Positions 1 to 9,844 of a stretch of 31,217 nt of DNA are shown here, piece by piece. The stretch lies in the IMG/VR virus record IMGVR_UViG_2698536549_000026; one strand, 5' to 3'. Positions within the stretch are counted from its first letter, which is position 1. The number at the start of each line of letters is the position of its first letter. This DNA comes from a virus. Lineage: Duplodnaviria > Heunggongvirae > Uroviricota > Caudoviricetes. The notes below the pieces were generated by a model. It did no database searches and was not told where the DNA came from. It saw only the letters and a list, made by a program, of their open reading frames with translations. Position numbers and translations under genes: made by a program.

Positions 1-1674
1 CTATTCGATTATTGGTGAATATTTATTTTTAAGCTGGCGGCACTCCTGAGCGACCTGGCTGAACTGTGCGGCCTGCGGAGACGTGCCCGTTTTGGGGTGG
101 GTATGTGATGCTGTAATATCGGCCAGCTCTTCCACCACATCGGCAAGGTCCGTCAGCATGGTCAGTACATTAATGCCCTCGTTTCCCAGCTTCACCGTAT
201 CGCCAACCAGCTTCTGCGCCAGCGCAATACTGTGACGGACGCCCTTAATCTTTTCGGTAAGGCTGCCGCCCACGGTGTCCAGGGTGTCGCCTTCCACGTC
301 GCGCTCACAGGTACCGGCAACCACCATCATGTGTCCGCCCGTGCTGATGCTGTAGCTCTCTTCAGTGATATGGGTGACCGCGCCAGCCTGAAGCGTGGAT
401 ACGCCCAGGACGGTGGTTGTGTCGGTTGCCTGTATGGTGGTCTCCCGGCTGGTCAGGCTCCGCGTTTCCTCGTCTGCGCTCACCACGCGCTCGCGTGATG
501 TCTCCTGTATCCGCTGGTCTGTCTGGCGCACCCAGTCTCCGGCGACCGTCACGCGCTGCGATACGCCGTCGCGCTGTTGCTGCAACTGCTCGCCCGGCTT
601 CACGTCGGGCAGATTGTGGCCCTCTGCCATTATCTGGCGGATGAAGGGCTTATCCGCCCGGCCTTCCACAAATCCCACTTCCACCAGGGTTCCGGGCGGC
701 GGGAACTGGAACATGCCGGACTCACTGCCCGCCATGGGAACGGGGAGGGGAACGGCGTTATAAACGGGCGTATCCGCTGCCGGGTTGCCGTTCTCGTCAA
801 GCAGCTGGAGATTCACCGCGTAGCGGGGTCTGAACGGGTCGGCAATATTGCCCGCGCTGACGGCTTCGGTCGGCGCCTCAACACGTGCCAGTTTGGGCAG
901 GTGAAGCCCTGATGCCAGTTCAGGGAAGGCCTTTTCAGCCTGGCGACGGAAAGGGGACTTCTGGAGGGGAGCGCCGGTGGCTTTATTGCGCGGTGTCCAC
1001 GTGATGGTCATGTTGTCATCTTCCAGCATGACCATCGTCAGGCGCTGACCGTTCACCTCCACACCCGGTCGCAGCGTCTGAATCATCGGGAGGGTCATAC
1101 TGTGCCCGCCCGTTGATGCCTGGCTGAACTCGTGCGGGATGGTGACGGGGCGACCGGAAAACATCCCCTGCGCGGCAGCAGCGGCCATAATGCCGCCGTC
1201 CGGTAACGGATGCCAGATGTAATCCGGTACGGAGAAAATACGCCCCAGACTGGCCAGCAGTTCGTAGCCCGTGCCGCTGTGTGTGAAATGCGGAACGGGT
1301 CTGTCAGTGTAAGCCGCGTTGTCCGGCAGGATGATTTCCAGCCCGCTGGTCTCACTCAGCCACTGTGTGACCGTGCGCATTGTCGGGTGCTGAAATGAAC
1401 AGGGGAAGGGGTGATCAAGGATCCCCGCCATTTCACGAATCAGAAGCCGCACCGAGCCGTTTTCAGCGGGCTGGCTGCGTTCAACGTATCCGGTAAACCA
1501 GCGCACCAGGTCGTTTCCGTATCCGATATCGAGACGAACGGGGCGCCCGGTGTAGTTCTGCTCTGTTCTGGCCGTGATAAATCCGCGTCCGCACGCGTTC
1601 AGCTCAAGCATGACGGAACAACTGACCAGCTGAATGGTGTCGTTACCCAGTAACAGACGTTTAGTGGGGTTCAT
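1..1674 (-). CDS. phage tail/baseplate protein, possibly hub-spike-like; last late gene in the window
   Basis: 557-aa ORF, stop TAG at 1-3 on minus strand, co-oriented with tail operon. Central motif FQFPPPGTLVEVGFVEGRADKPFIRQI resembles the OB-fold signature of gp5/gpV/VgrG-type spikes. Family not verifiable by eye. Confidence 0.4.
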   Translation of the reverse strand: MNPTKRLLLGNDTIQLVSCSVMLELNACGRGFITARTEQNYTGRPVRLDIGYGNDLVRWFTGYVERSQPAENGSVRLLIREMAGILDHPFPCSFQHPTMRTVTQWLSETSGLEIILPDNAAYTDRPVPHFTHSGTGYELLASLGRIFSVPDYIWHPLPDGGIMAAAAAQGMFSGRPVTIPHEFSQASTGGHSMTLPMIQTLRPGVEVNGQRLTMVMLEDDNMTITWTPRNKATGAPLQKSPFRRQAEKAFPELASGLHLPKLARVEAPTEAVSAGNIADPFRPRYAVNLQLLDENGNPAADTPVYNAVPLPVPMAGSESGMFQFPPPGTLVEVGFVEGRADKPFIRQIMAEGHNLPDVKPGEQLQQQRDGVSQRVTVAGDWVRQTDQRIQETSRERVVSADEETRSLTSRETTIQATDTTTVLGVSTLQAGAVTHITEESYSISTGGHMMVVAGTCERDVEGDTLDTVGGSLTEKIKGVRHSIALAQKLVGDTVKLGNEGINVLTMLTDLADVVEELADITASHTHPKTGTSPQAAQFSQVAQECRQLKNKYSPIIE

Positions 1675-1676
1675 GG

Positions 1677-2219
1677 TTACTCCAGTGCATCATTGACGGG
1701 TTTGAGGACCTTTTCTTCGAACCAGGTCATTTTCTCCGGTGTTTCGTCGGCCACGGTCCCGCCTTTTGCGCCGGGCGTCTGCGGCGTCTGTTTACGGCTG
1801 CTGGCGGGGGTGGCGCGTGCCTGGCGTTTTTCCGGTACGCTTCGTCTTTCGCGTAATGTGAAGCTGACCTGCCAGGCGAGGCGGTCGGTCTGCTGCTGTG
1901 CGTCTATCTGCCCGGAAAATGTCCCTTCACGAAAGTTAATGGCGGCAGCGGTGGCGTTTGCGATACGGTAAACTTTCAGGGCACCGTCCCCGGTGGTGGC
2001 AGAGGCCAGCTGGAAAATGCGCTGAAGGGCCCGCTCATTGTCAAAGGTGATCATCCCGGTTACGCGAAGCTCTTTGGCCTTGATGCCCTGCTCGGCGTTC
2101 GCGGTGCTCGATGTCTGGCCGGACTGGTCCTTTTCCTGGAACTGCATCGAGGGCGAAATCACCATGTTCTGCATGAAAATACCCTCACCATCAAGGGCGA
2201 GCAGTGCGGTCTGGCTCAT
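1677..2219 (-). CDS. hypothetical phage protein, tail-associated by position
   Basis: 180-aa ORF between tail fibre assembly gene and the 557-aa tail protein, same strand. Start uncertain (29-nt overlap with upstream ORF; internal Met possible). No recognisable motif. Confidence 0.35.
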   Translation of the reverse strand: MSQTALLALDGEGIFMQNMVISPSMQFQEKDQSGQTSSTANAEQGIKAKELRVTGMITFDNERALQRIFQLASATTGDGALKVYRIANATAAAINFREGTFSGQIDAQQQTDRLAWQVSFTLRERRSVPEKRQARATPASSRKQTPQTPGAKGGTVADETPEKMTWFEEKVLKPVNDALE

Positions 2220-2916
2220 GGATCATTTTCCCCAGTTCAGTTAATGAGTCTGCCGCCAGGAGTGCGGCAACGGTATGTACGGCGGTCGGTGCCGGGATAT
2301 CCTTCACCATGGCCGCCGCTGCGGCGCGGTGATACCCCCGGTACTGAAATACCCAGGCCTGCGCCTTCTGTTCTGCCAGTGTTCTGATCCCCTCTTCCAG
2401 TCCGGCAAGTGCGCCAGCCCGTCTGCTGATAAAGCGGCTTATCTGGCGGCGAAGCCCTGCGGCATCCGGGCGTTGTGCTGCCAGCTGCCTGGCCTGTGCT
2501 GCACGGGCGGCACTGACTGCGCTGCGTATTGTGGAAACGGAAAGATGCACAGGTGCGGGCAGGGTGTCGGTGGTGATCGGGATTTGCATTTTGTCAGTGC
2601 TCAGACTGGCGGCAGCCTGCGCCATGCGCTGTGCCTGCGTGAATACCGGCACGGGCAGAACGGCGGTCAGTGCCGCCATTGACTGTATAAAAAGATCGTG
2701 GGTGTTTTCGGCAATCATGATAATGGTCACGTCGCCGGATGCACGGCTTCCGGCCATTTTCCCGGCCAGCCAGTTTATGGCGTTCGGAGGGCTTAAATAT
2801 ACCCCCGATTCTTCATATCGTCCCAGCCCGTAAGTCCACGGTGTGACGGGGATGACGGAACAGCTCAGCGGGGGCATGTCAGCGCTGACGCTGATTGTTT
2901 TTCTTGTCCACGTCAT
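2191..2916 (-). CDS. hypothetical protein immediately downstream of tail fibre assembly gene
   Basis: 241-aa ORF. ATG at 2916 preceded by GGAGG (revcomp of 2919-2926), 12 nt after the tfa stop. Ala-rich C-terminal half. No recognisable family. Confidence 0.4.
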   Translation of the reverse strand: MTWTRKTISVSADMPPLSCSVIPVTPWTYGLGRYEESGVYLSPPNAINWLAGKMAGSRASGDVTIIMIAENTHDLFIQSMAALTAVLPVPVFTQAQRMAQAAASLSTDKMQIPITTDTLPAPVHLSVSTIRSAVSAARAAQARQLAAQRPDAAGLRRQISRFISRRAGALAGLEEGIRTLAEQKAQAWVFQYRGYHRAAAAAMVKDIPAPTAVHTVAALLAADSLTELGKMIHEPDRTARP

Positions 2917-2927
2917 GGTGCCTCCGG

Positions 2928-3524
2928 TCAGCCTGCGTGATGATCCGGCGAAGGGGATTCAGGCCAGACAATATCCGGCGCGTTGCCCGTGTCTGTCCGG
3001 TTCAGTAATACCCGGTATTTTTTCCACAGGGGAAGCAGGGCGCTTTCATCGTCGGTCGCCATATTTAAATCCACGGCATCCTGGAGGATGTTTATTGTAT
3101 TTGTTGCTTCCTGTATTAATTCCCGTTTTTTATTCTCCGCCTCGCTCACCCGGTAAGCCTGTTCTGCTGCTTCATCCTTAACCCATGATGAACCATCCCA
3201 CCGGCAGAACTCCCCGTCCGGTTTTATTTCTGTCACGTTTTCCGGCAACGGTCCCGGCCCGGAAATGAATAAGGCAGCCCCCGAGTCCAGACGCCAGACG
3301 GTTTTACCCCGGTGATCTTCCATGAGGTGCCAGGTGTTTTCGTCCTCATCAAAGATAGCCACGTGTCCTTCAGGAATGTCAGGCGGGGCAATGTCCGTTG
3401 AGTGCGCAGGCAGTCCGGTATGCGGAGGGATCCAGGCATCGCCTTCGCCGATAAATTCATTTGTTCCGGCTGACAGGTTGTAGATTTTAATTGTCTGTGG
3501 GTGTTCGCTCATTTTAAAGGTCAT
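2928..3524 (-). CDS. tfa: tail fibre assembly protein (Tfa / P2 gpG-like chaperone)
   Basis: 198 aa. N-terminus [51 protein letters not shown] and C-terminus [29 protein letters not shown] match the conserved Tfa pattern from memory. Start overlaps fibre stop (TAATG). Confidence 0.85.
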   Translation of the reverse strand: MTFKMSEHPQTIKIYNLSAGTNEFIGEGDAWIPPHTGLPAHSTDIAPPDIPEGHVAIFDEDENTWHLMEDHRGKTVWRLDSGAALFISGPGPLPENVTEIKPDGEFCRWDGSSWVKDEAAEQAYRVSEAENKKRELIQEATNTINILQDAVDLNMATDDESALLPLWKKYRVLLNRTDTGNAPDIVWPESPSPDHHAG

Positions 3525-5584
3525 TATGCAAGCCTCACGATGTAGTTAAATGCGATGTTTTTGACGGTGTTTTCCGCATTACCGGTGGGGTTAATGGTCA
3601 GGCCGTGGCCATGTTGACCCAGTGCGAGCGTGTGGATGTGTTCGCCAATGCTTACCGAATGTGTGTGTTCCGAAACTCTGGCGATCAGGTTCGCCCCGGA
3701 GCCCGGCCCGTATGCGGTCCAGTCAGCGCTGCCTTCCGGTGACGCGGTGGCGGTTCTTAATGATATTATTGCGCTGAACGGCCCCGCGCTGTTTGTTGTT
3801 TTTGTGCCGTAATTGAAGGATGAGGTCGTTTTTGTGCCAAGGTCAGTATTTGAGACGCTCCCTCCGTGGGTGTGCGATTTGATGCCGTCCTGCTCCTGTG
3901 ACAATACCGCACGACCGCTGGCAGGTTTTCCCTTGATTGTCCAGCCACGCATATCCGGGATACGACCATCCGGATAGGCTTTTGCCAGCAGGGGATATCG
4001 TGCTTTATCGAATGCCTGCCCCACCATGATGGCGTAACCGGCAGGCGGGGTGTCTGACGGCCACGGCAGGGGAACGCCTGCGGGTAACAACTCACTTGCA
4101 GGCAGTGCGCCGATGTCCTGTGGTGTGGGTTTGTTTTTGTCCGTGTAAGTGCGGTACCAGATGGTGCTTTTCCCTTTATTTAAAACAACCCCGGTGAACT
4201 GTGTGCGGAGGTACATGTCGGCAGGGTTTGGGCTTTCGAGACCTGTCGTGATCCTGATGATCCCCCCGTTGATGTCGCCTGATACTTCGATAAGGCAGCC
4301 TCCAAGGCAGATATCACCATAGCCCGTATCAGTGAGCACGCTGTGCCGGGAAAGTGAAATATTGGCTTTGAATATCCAGAGTCCTGGTCTGAAGGCGCCA
4401 CGTTCATTCAGCCATTCCACGAATTGTTCTGTTGTCCAGCGTTGCCCTGCTTCACCCACGTACCCGTCTTTTGCATAAACGCGTGGTGCGCCCACGTTGA
4501 TCAGGAACAGCTCCTTGTTGGGGATGTCCTCACCATTGCGGTTTTTCGCAAGCCGACCATCGGCGTTGTCCATGGCGATCTTTATAGCCTTTGGCGTGGC
4601 TGCCTGTGTCTCTGATGTACTGGTGGTGGCGCTGCTTAACTGTGTGAAGCCCTTTTCTTTCAGCGTTGCGTCCGGGTGGTTGCGTGATTTCTCGTGTTTT
4701 TTCAGAGCGTCCAGCCAGCGGCGTTCTTCCGGCGTTCCTCTGGGGCGCAGGTCAGTCACGTTGCCGTCTTCATCAATGTCAGCAAGGGCAAAAAAATATT
4801 GCCGGGCGGCCTCCTTCCTGTGTGCTTCCAGCAGGATCTCTTCCGTGGCGGCGGGGTCGGCCATGATAATATCGTGCTCCACCGTCCATTCACTGGTGAG
4901 CGTACCGGTCCACCATACTGTCAGCCAGATACGGGACGGGAAGTCTGGCGTGGTCAGCGGTATGTCTTCGGTCAGCTCTGCGCGTAATCCCTCCACGTAA
5001 CCGGTCCCTTTGCAGAGTGACCATCTTTCGCCTTTTTTAACCAGCCAGCCGTCCCCAAAGAATGCAGCGTTACCGTAAATATCGATGTTTTCCCGGCGCT
5101 GGCGCTCGTCCATGGCCGCCAGGCGTGCCGTGAAGTCTATCTGCCAGGTCTGCGCCGGGGTGGTGATACCTGTGGCTTCCTTCGCACCGCTGTACTCCAT
5201 GAGCATGGAACGGACCAGCACATTACCTTCGTTACCGTTGTGGGTTCTGATTTTTTTCTGTGTGGGGGCGTGAACAATCATGGCCAGCGTGCTGGTTGCT
5301 TTGCTGACCAGTCCCACCCAGTTAAATTCAAAATCACCCAGCTCTGCCCCCAGGGTGACCGAATAAACCACGGCATTCTCATTCACCACGCCGGTTTTGC
5401 CAACGGCCTGGCGGTGAACAATCTGATCTTCAGGTGGCAGGGTTTCGTCGGGGGATACCGGTGTTTCCGGGTTGAGGTCCGGGACGTTTGCAAAAACAAA
5501 CTCATCCAGCACAACGGGGGTGCCTTCCGCCGCCTGCTGTGCCTTGAGCCGGATAAAGGCGCTGGTAATTACAGATTTCGCCAT
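3524..5584 (-). CDS. tail fibre protein, lambda Stf / P2 gpH-like
   Basis: 686 aa. Contains [40 protein letters not shown] (conserved fibre collar motif) and a C-terminal receptor-binding region [31 protein letters not shown] ... [18 protein letters not shown] typical of Stf/gp37-like fibres. Confidence 0.9.
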   Translation of the reverse strand: MAKSVITSAFIRLKAQQAAEGTPVVLDEFVFANVPDLNPETPVSPDETLPPEDQIVHRQAVGKTGVVNENAVVYSVTLGAELGDFEFNWVGLVSKATSTLAMIVHAPTQKKIRTHNGNEGNVLVRSMLMEYSGAKEATGITTPAQTWQIDFTARLAAMDERQRRENIDIYGNAAFFGDGWLVKKGERWSLCKGTGYVEGLRAELTEDIPLTTPDFPSRIWLTVWWTGTLTSEWTVEHDIIMADPAATEEILLEAHRKEAARQYFFALADIDEDGNVTDLRPRGTPEERRWLDALKKHEKSRNHPDATLKEKGFTQLSSATTSTSETQAATPKAIKIAMDNADGRLAKNRNGEDIPNKELFLINVGAPRVYAKDGYVGEAGQRWTTEQFVEWLNERGAFRPGLWIFKANISLSRHSVLTDTGYGDICLGGCLIEVSGDINGGIIRITTGLESPNPADMYLRTQFTGVVLNKGKSTIWYRTYTDKNKPTPQDIGALPASELLPAGVPLPWPSDTPPAGYAIMVGQAFDKARYPLLAKAYPDGRIPDMRGWTIKGKPASGRAVLSQEQDGIKSHTHGGSVSNTDLGTKTTSSFNYGTKTTNSAGPFSAIISLRTATASPEGSADWTAYGPGSGANLIARVSEHTHSVSIGEHIHTLALGQHGHGLTINPTGNAENTVKNIAFNYIVRLA

Positions 5585-5606
5585 AAAGTCATACTCCTTC
5601 AGTCAT

Positions 5607-6155
5607 TCACTCTGCCCTGGCCGTCCAGCAGATATACTCCCCTTCGTATGCGCCATAATGGATGATGAAGGGGTTAAGGGTTTCCACCTCAAAACGGTAA
5701 CGGCGGCATGTCCTGCCATATTTGCGGATGATCTCCAGAAGAAGATCGCTGTTGTCGGCTATCTGGCTGTCTGTCACCTGCACCAGGATCACATCCCAGT
5801 CCACGCCGGGCTTGCGCTCCTGCAACTCCACATGTCCAATGCCCAGCCGTTCAAAAATGGCAATAAATCCTGCCACCTCTCCGGCGTCCTGTGCATTGAC
5901 AAAGGCGTGGGCGATACGGCGGCGGTACAGTGATGTGGGTTCACCTTTAAAACGGGTGATGTCCCGCTCCCATGCCAGTAAATCAAGTACGGGCTCTGCA
6001 CATGTCATGGGGTCAAACTGGCGCACGGGCCAGGTGATCCATTCCCATACGCGGGACCAGAACGCCTGCGCGGCCCGCAGCAGTTTGTCGGGTTCCCCCC
6101 TGTCCATCCAGGAGGGCAGTTTCAGCGAGCGAAGTCGCTGCAAAAAGTCATTCAA
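5607..6155 (-). CDS. baseplate/tail protein (P2 gpI-like)
   Basis: 182-aa ORF between baseplate J-like gene and fibre gene, the position of P2 gpI and of YmfQ-type genes in e14-type tails. Assignment by synteny and size. Confidence 0.55.
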   Translation of the reverse strand: MNDFLQRLRSLKLPSWMDRGEPDKLLRAAQAFWSRVWEWITWPVRQFDPMTCAEPVLDLLAWERDITRFKGEPTSLYRRRIAHAFVNAQDAGEVAGFIAIFERLGIGHVELQERKPGVDWDVILVQVTDSQIADNSDLLLEIIRKYGRTCRRYRFEVETLNPFIIHYGAYEGEYICWTARAE

Positions 6156-7332
6156 TGACCACCTCCACTGTCAGGGATTCGAGCCGTGGCACGGCCAGAT
6201 CGCTGATGATGTCTTCCAGTGAAAACTGAACCGAAGCCACCACCGGGAAGGTCTGATGAATTTCCTTGCCCAGCGTGGAAAACGAAAAGCGCGAATAGGG
6301 CCAGACTTTTTTCACATTAAAGCGGGCGTTCTCCCGAAAAGCGCAGCGTATCAGGTCGCTGATATCCTGTTTCAGCCCTTCCGCGCCGTCCGGTGGCAGG
6401 GTGGTTGAGCTTCTGATGTATACGGTGACGTCCAGACGGTGACGCGTCTCCGGCATGGCGAAACACTGCAAATCATCCCCGTGTCCGTGGTGCCCCTCTT
6501 CGTTGATGTAGCGGTTGACTGCTTCAATGAAAGGGGCAGAGGCCTCGCCGCTGTCCAGTAACAGGTAGGCGTTGGCCGTTCCCGGTCCTCTCGGGGCGTC
6601 GTGCTGAAAGTAGATCCGGTCGATGCTCAGGCCTGCCACGCTGGCGATAAGTCCCCGGTAGACGGCGTCCGTGTGGTAACTGCTCACGAGGTTAAACTGG
6701 TTGCGTATTCTGTCGCGCAGTTCGTCGTCGCTTTCCTCATCGGCACCCGGTACGGTCAGCCAGTCTTCCCGGTTCACCACGGATGCAATGCCGGGAATGG
6801 CAACGGGAAGGATACGGAAGTACCCCGGCGCGAGGTTGTGCCCGCTGCCTTCGGTGGTGGCTTCCACGGGAACGGATGCGCCGCTTTTACCGCTGCTGAT
6901 AAGCGTTTCCTCCGTGACGGCCATGCTGTATATCACGCCGTTAATTCTGGCGGTCTGGACGATGGTCCCTTCGGGGATGAGAACATCATCATTTGCCCTG
7001 GTTTTGGCAAACCAGATCACGCCACTGGCCTTACTGGCCGGTTTTGGGGTGATGTTGACGTCGTGCGCATGAAGCAGAAGAAGTGACCGGTCAGCCGTGG
7101 CGACAAACATACCGGGCAGCACAACGTCAACCAGCGCATCACGCAGCCACTGAACGGGTCGTATGACAATGGTCAGAATGAGCCGCCAGAAGGGACTCAT
7201 GGGCGAGGTGTTGGTGATGAGTCCGGTTTTCTGTACATCCTCATGAAAGAGGGTGGCGATCTCTTCTTCTGTTTCCGGCATACCGCTTTCACGGAATACC
7301 TGATTAAAATCAACGTCCGGTTTCCCTTTCAT
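6148..7332 (-). CDS. baseplate J-like protein (gpJ/gp47 family)
   Basis: 394-aa ORF downstream of tape measure and small baseplate gene, upstream of gpI-like and fibre genes. Size and synteny fit baseplate J. Confidence 0.6.
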   Translation of the reverse strand: MKGKPDVDFNQVFRESGMPETEEEIATLFHEDVQKTGLITNTSPMSPFWRLILTIVIRPVQWLRDALVDVVLPGMFVATADRSLLLLHAHDVNITPKPASKASGVIWFAKTRANDDVLIPEGTIVQTARINGVIYSMAVTEETLISSGKSGASVPVEATTEGSGHNLAPGYFRILPVAIPGIASVVNREDWLTVPGADEESDDELRDRIRNQFNLVSSYHTDAVYRGLIASVAGLSIDRIYFQHDAPRGPGTANAYLLLDSGEASAPFIEAVNRYINEEGHHGHGDDLQCFAMPETRHRLDVTVYIRSSTTLPPDGAEGLKQDISDLIRCAFRENARFNVKKVWPYSRFSFSTLGKEIHQTFPVVASVQFSLEDIISDLAVPRLESLTVEVVIE

Positions 7333-7660
7333 AGTTCACCCTGGTGTTTATGCGTCCAAAATCCTGTGTCTCTGCCGTCACATGCAGCCTGCCCGGTGCC
7401 TCTTCGTTAATGAACACCGTCCCCGGAACCAGCCGTTCATCATCCTCAACCAGGAGGATAAGCCGGGTAATGATGTCGCTGCGCAGCGTCGGGCTGCGTT
7501 CGCCGATAAGCAGGGCGGCGATCCCGCTTTCGATAATGCTGTGCACCACGTCCTGGCCGATGCTGACCCGGTTATCACATCGCTGTGGCTCGTTTCCGCT
7601 GTTCAGCGTAAAACTGCCGTCAGTGATAAGCAGGTCGATGTAAAGCGATGGCGTGTTCAT
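7310..7660 (-). CDS. small baseplate protein (gpW/gp46-like), hypothetical
   Basis: ORF track gives 7310..7681. An in-frame ATG at 7660 forms an ATGA overlap with the tape measure stop, giving about 116 aa. Position immediately after tape measure. Confidence 0.45.
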   Translation of the reverse strand: MNTPSLYIDLLITDGSFTLNSGNEPQRCDNRVSIGQDVVHSIIESGIAALLIGERSPTLRSDIITRLILLVEDDERLVPGTVFINEEAPGRLHVTAETQDFGRINTRVNYERETGR

Positions 7661-9843
7661 CCCGCGTAAAGCTCCGTCCATTCATCCAGTTGCCCCGGCG
7701 TCATCGGGTTCTGCGTGTTGATTGTCAGATTGCCGAACGTCCGGCTGTTGTCGATACGGGTTGAGGTGTCCGTGCGTATCTGGTTGCGTATGCCTCCGGG
7801 TGGCAGCTCTGCGCTGATGCGGTTGCCTGCCAGTGCCGGGACGGCGGTTTCTGCAATCTGCGGAGGTACGGTGCTGCCTGTTGCGCCCCGCGTCATGGTG
7901 TTCACCTGCTCCGTGGGCTTCATGTCGATACTGATACCGGGGATTTTGTTCAGCTTTTCCGCAAGCCAGTTCCACGTCCGGTTAAACGAGTTTTTAATGA
8001 CGTTCCATAAGTCCCCGAAGACGTTACCGATGATCCCCGCCATTTTCCGGAAGGATTCGACCGGGGCGGTCGGGTCAAATGCAGCCACCACGTCCTGCCA
8101 CCCTCTGATGACGATGGCGAAGATGTCGATCAGGGTTCTGATCACGCTGATAACCACCTCCAGCGCGGGGGATATCAGGCTTACCGCTGCGGCCACCACG
8201 CGACCGCATGTTTCCCCGGCACGGGTGACGCTGTTCATCTGTCCCGTGGTCAGCTGTACCGGTGCAAACAGATCGGAGAAGGCACTGAACAGGGTTTTTA
8301 TGCCCTGCCATACCGGGGCCAGCGCCCGGGCAATGTCACCGAACGCGGCAGTCACCGGGCTCATGGCGTCCAGTGCGCTGGTAAAACCATCAATAAAGCC
8401 GCGAATAAAGGCTTTGATGGGCTGCCAGAACTTAATGGCCACCACCACCAGAGCAGCGATGGCGGCGGCAACCAGGAGGACCGGGGCGCTCATGGTCAGA
8501 AACGACACGCCCGCCAGACGCGCGGCAAGACTGGTGGCAATGATGGCACTGCGTACTTTTGTGAGTGCAAGCGTGTACAGACTCCAGGCTGCCCTGGCGC
8601 CCTTTATGATGGCCTTATGGCCTTCCATGATGAAGCTGAACACACCCAGCACGATGTTCGTGACCGCACCGGCTGCGCCCAGCGCCAGCATGGTCAGCGT
8701 GATGTAACCCAGCCAGCGGGCGATGTTCGGGAACATGTTCAGCCAGCGCACGAACGTCGCGCCGATATCGGCAAAACGGCCAGCCAGTGGTGCGAGAATG
8801 GGGTAGAGGGCGTTACCGATGGCGGCCCGGATGTTGTAGAAGGAGGCCACAAGGCGGTCCCACGGGTCGGTCATGGCTTCCGCCATTTCCGTGGCACGCT
8901 TCATGCCGTCATTACGCCCCAGCGCTGATATGCTCCGGTTAAGCATTTCCTGCTGTCCCCAGAGTTTTTTAATCACGTCCGCGCCACTGCCGAAGGCGTC
9001 ATCCAGCGCCTGTTGTGCCGCCACGTTACCCTCAATGTTCCTGCCGAACCTCGCCTGCAGACGGTCGAGGATGTCACCCATGGGTAAAATCTTCCCGGTG
9101 GCATCGACAAAACTCATCCCCATTTTTTGTGCGGCAGCGGGGGCACTGCGCAGGAATTCCTCATAGATGCCCGATGCCTCGGTGCCCATGGTCCGTGACA
9201 GGGTGCCCAGTATGGCAAACTGCTCTGCCATGCTGACGCCAAAATCCGCGCCCGCGTTTTTGGTGCCCTCAATAAGCTCCTGCATGGTGCTCATTTCCAC
9301 GCCGAACTGCTGAACCATCCACGCGGTTTTACCTGCCAGATCTTCAGCAAACCCCACGGCACCCATGGCAGAAAACTCACTGCGGAAACGGGCACCCATG
9401 GCGGCAAGGTAGCCGCTCGCCTCTTCGCTGCTGACGCGGGCAGCCACGGCCAGGGTGCTGGTTGCTGCCGTCACACGGGGTAAATCCCCGTCGCTCAGTC
9501 CGTCCAGTGCGCCGCGAATATGCCATGCGGAACGGATGATCTCCGTGGAAGACTGACCGAATGCGGTCCCCAGTTTCATGGCCTGCGTGGTGAGGGCGGT
9601 CAGCGCCTGCGCCCCGACGCCTTTGGCCTCAAGCTCGCCCAGCGCCTTCTGCATCTCCCACGCCGGATCCATCGCGGCGCGGATACCTTCGGCCACGCCC
9701 CACAGTCCGGCCACACCCACACCGATACGCGCGAACGCGCCCTGCGAGCGTTCGGCGAATCCCGTCACGGATTCCTGAACCTGCCGCAGCGGGCGGGTAA
9801 GCTGGTCTGTCAGATTGATAATGAAATCCAGCTGGCTGGCCAT
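7657..9843 (-). CDS. tail tape measure protein
   Basis: 728 aa, Ala/Gly-rich with a long predicted helical N-terminal part and hydrophobic segments (e.g. ITLTMLALGAAGAVTNIVLGVFSFI). Directly downstream of the frameshifted chaperone. Confidence 0.85.
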   Translation of the reverse strand: MASQLDFIINLTDQLTRPLRQVQESVTGFAERSQGAFARIGVGVAGLWGVAEGIRAAMDPAWEMQKALGELEAKGVGAQALTALTTQAMKLGTAFGQSSTEIIRSAWHIRGALDGLSDGDLPRVTAATSTLAVAARVSSEEASGYLAAMGARFRSEFSAMGAVGFAEDLAGKTAWMVQQFGVEMSTMQELIEGTKNAGADFGVSMAEQFAILGTLSRTMGTEASGIYEEFLRSAPAAAQKMGMSFVDATGKILPMGDILDRLQARFGRNIEGNVAAQQALDDAFGSGADVIKKLWGQQEMLNRSISALGRNDGMKRATEMAEAMTDPWDRLVASFYNIRAAIGNALYPILAPLAGRFADIGATFVRWLNMFPNIARWLGYITLTMLALGAAGAVTNIVLGVFSFIMEGHKAIIKGARAAWSLYTLALTKVRSAIIATSLAARLAGVSFLTMSAPVLLVAAAIAALVVVAIKFWQPIKAFIRGFIDGFTSALDAMSPVTAAFGDIARALAPVWQGIKTLFSAFSDLFAPVQLTTGQMNSVTRAGETCGRVVAAAVSLISPALEVVISVIRTLIDIFAIVIRGWQDVVAAFDPTAPVESFRKMAGIIGNVFGDLWNVIKNSFNRTWNWLAEKLNKIPGISIDMKPTEQVNTMTRGATGSTVPPQIAETAVPALAGNRISAELPPGGIRNQIRTDTSTRIDNSRTFGNLTINTQNPMTPGQLDEWTELYAG

Positions 9844-9844
9844 G

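Noticed and set aside
7715-8707. 330-aa plus-strand ORF
   Set aside because: Lies entirely antisense within the tape measure gene. Composition is Ala/Ser/Arg-rich as expected for the reverse frame of GC-rich coding DNA. No start context.
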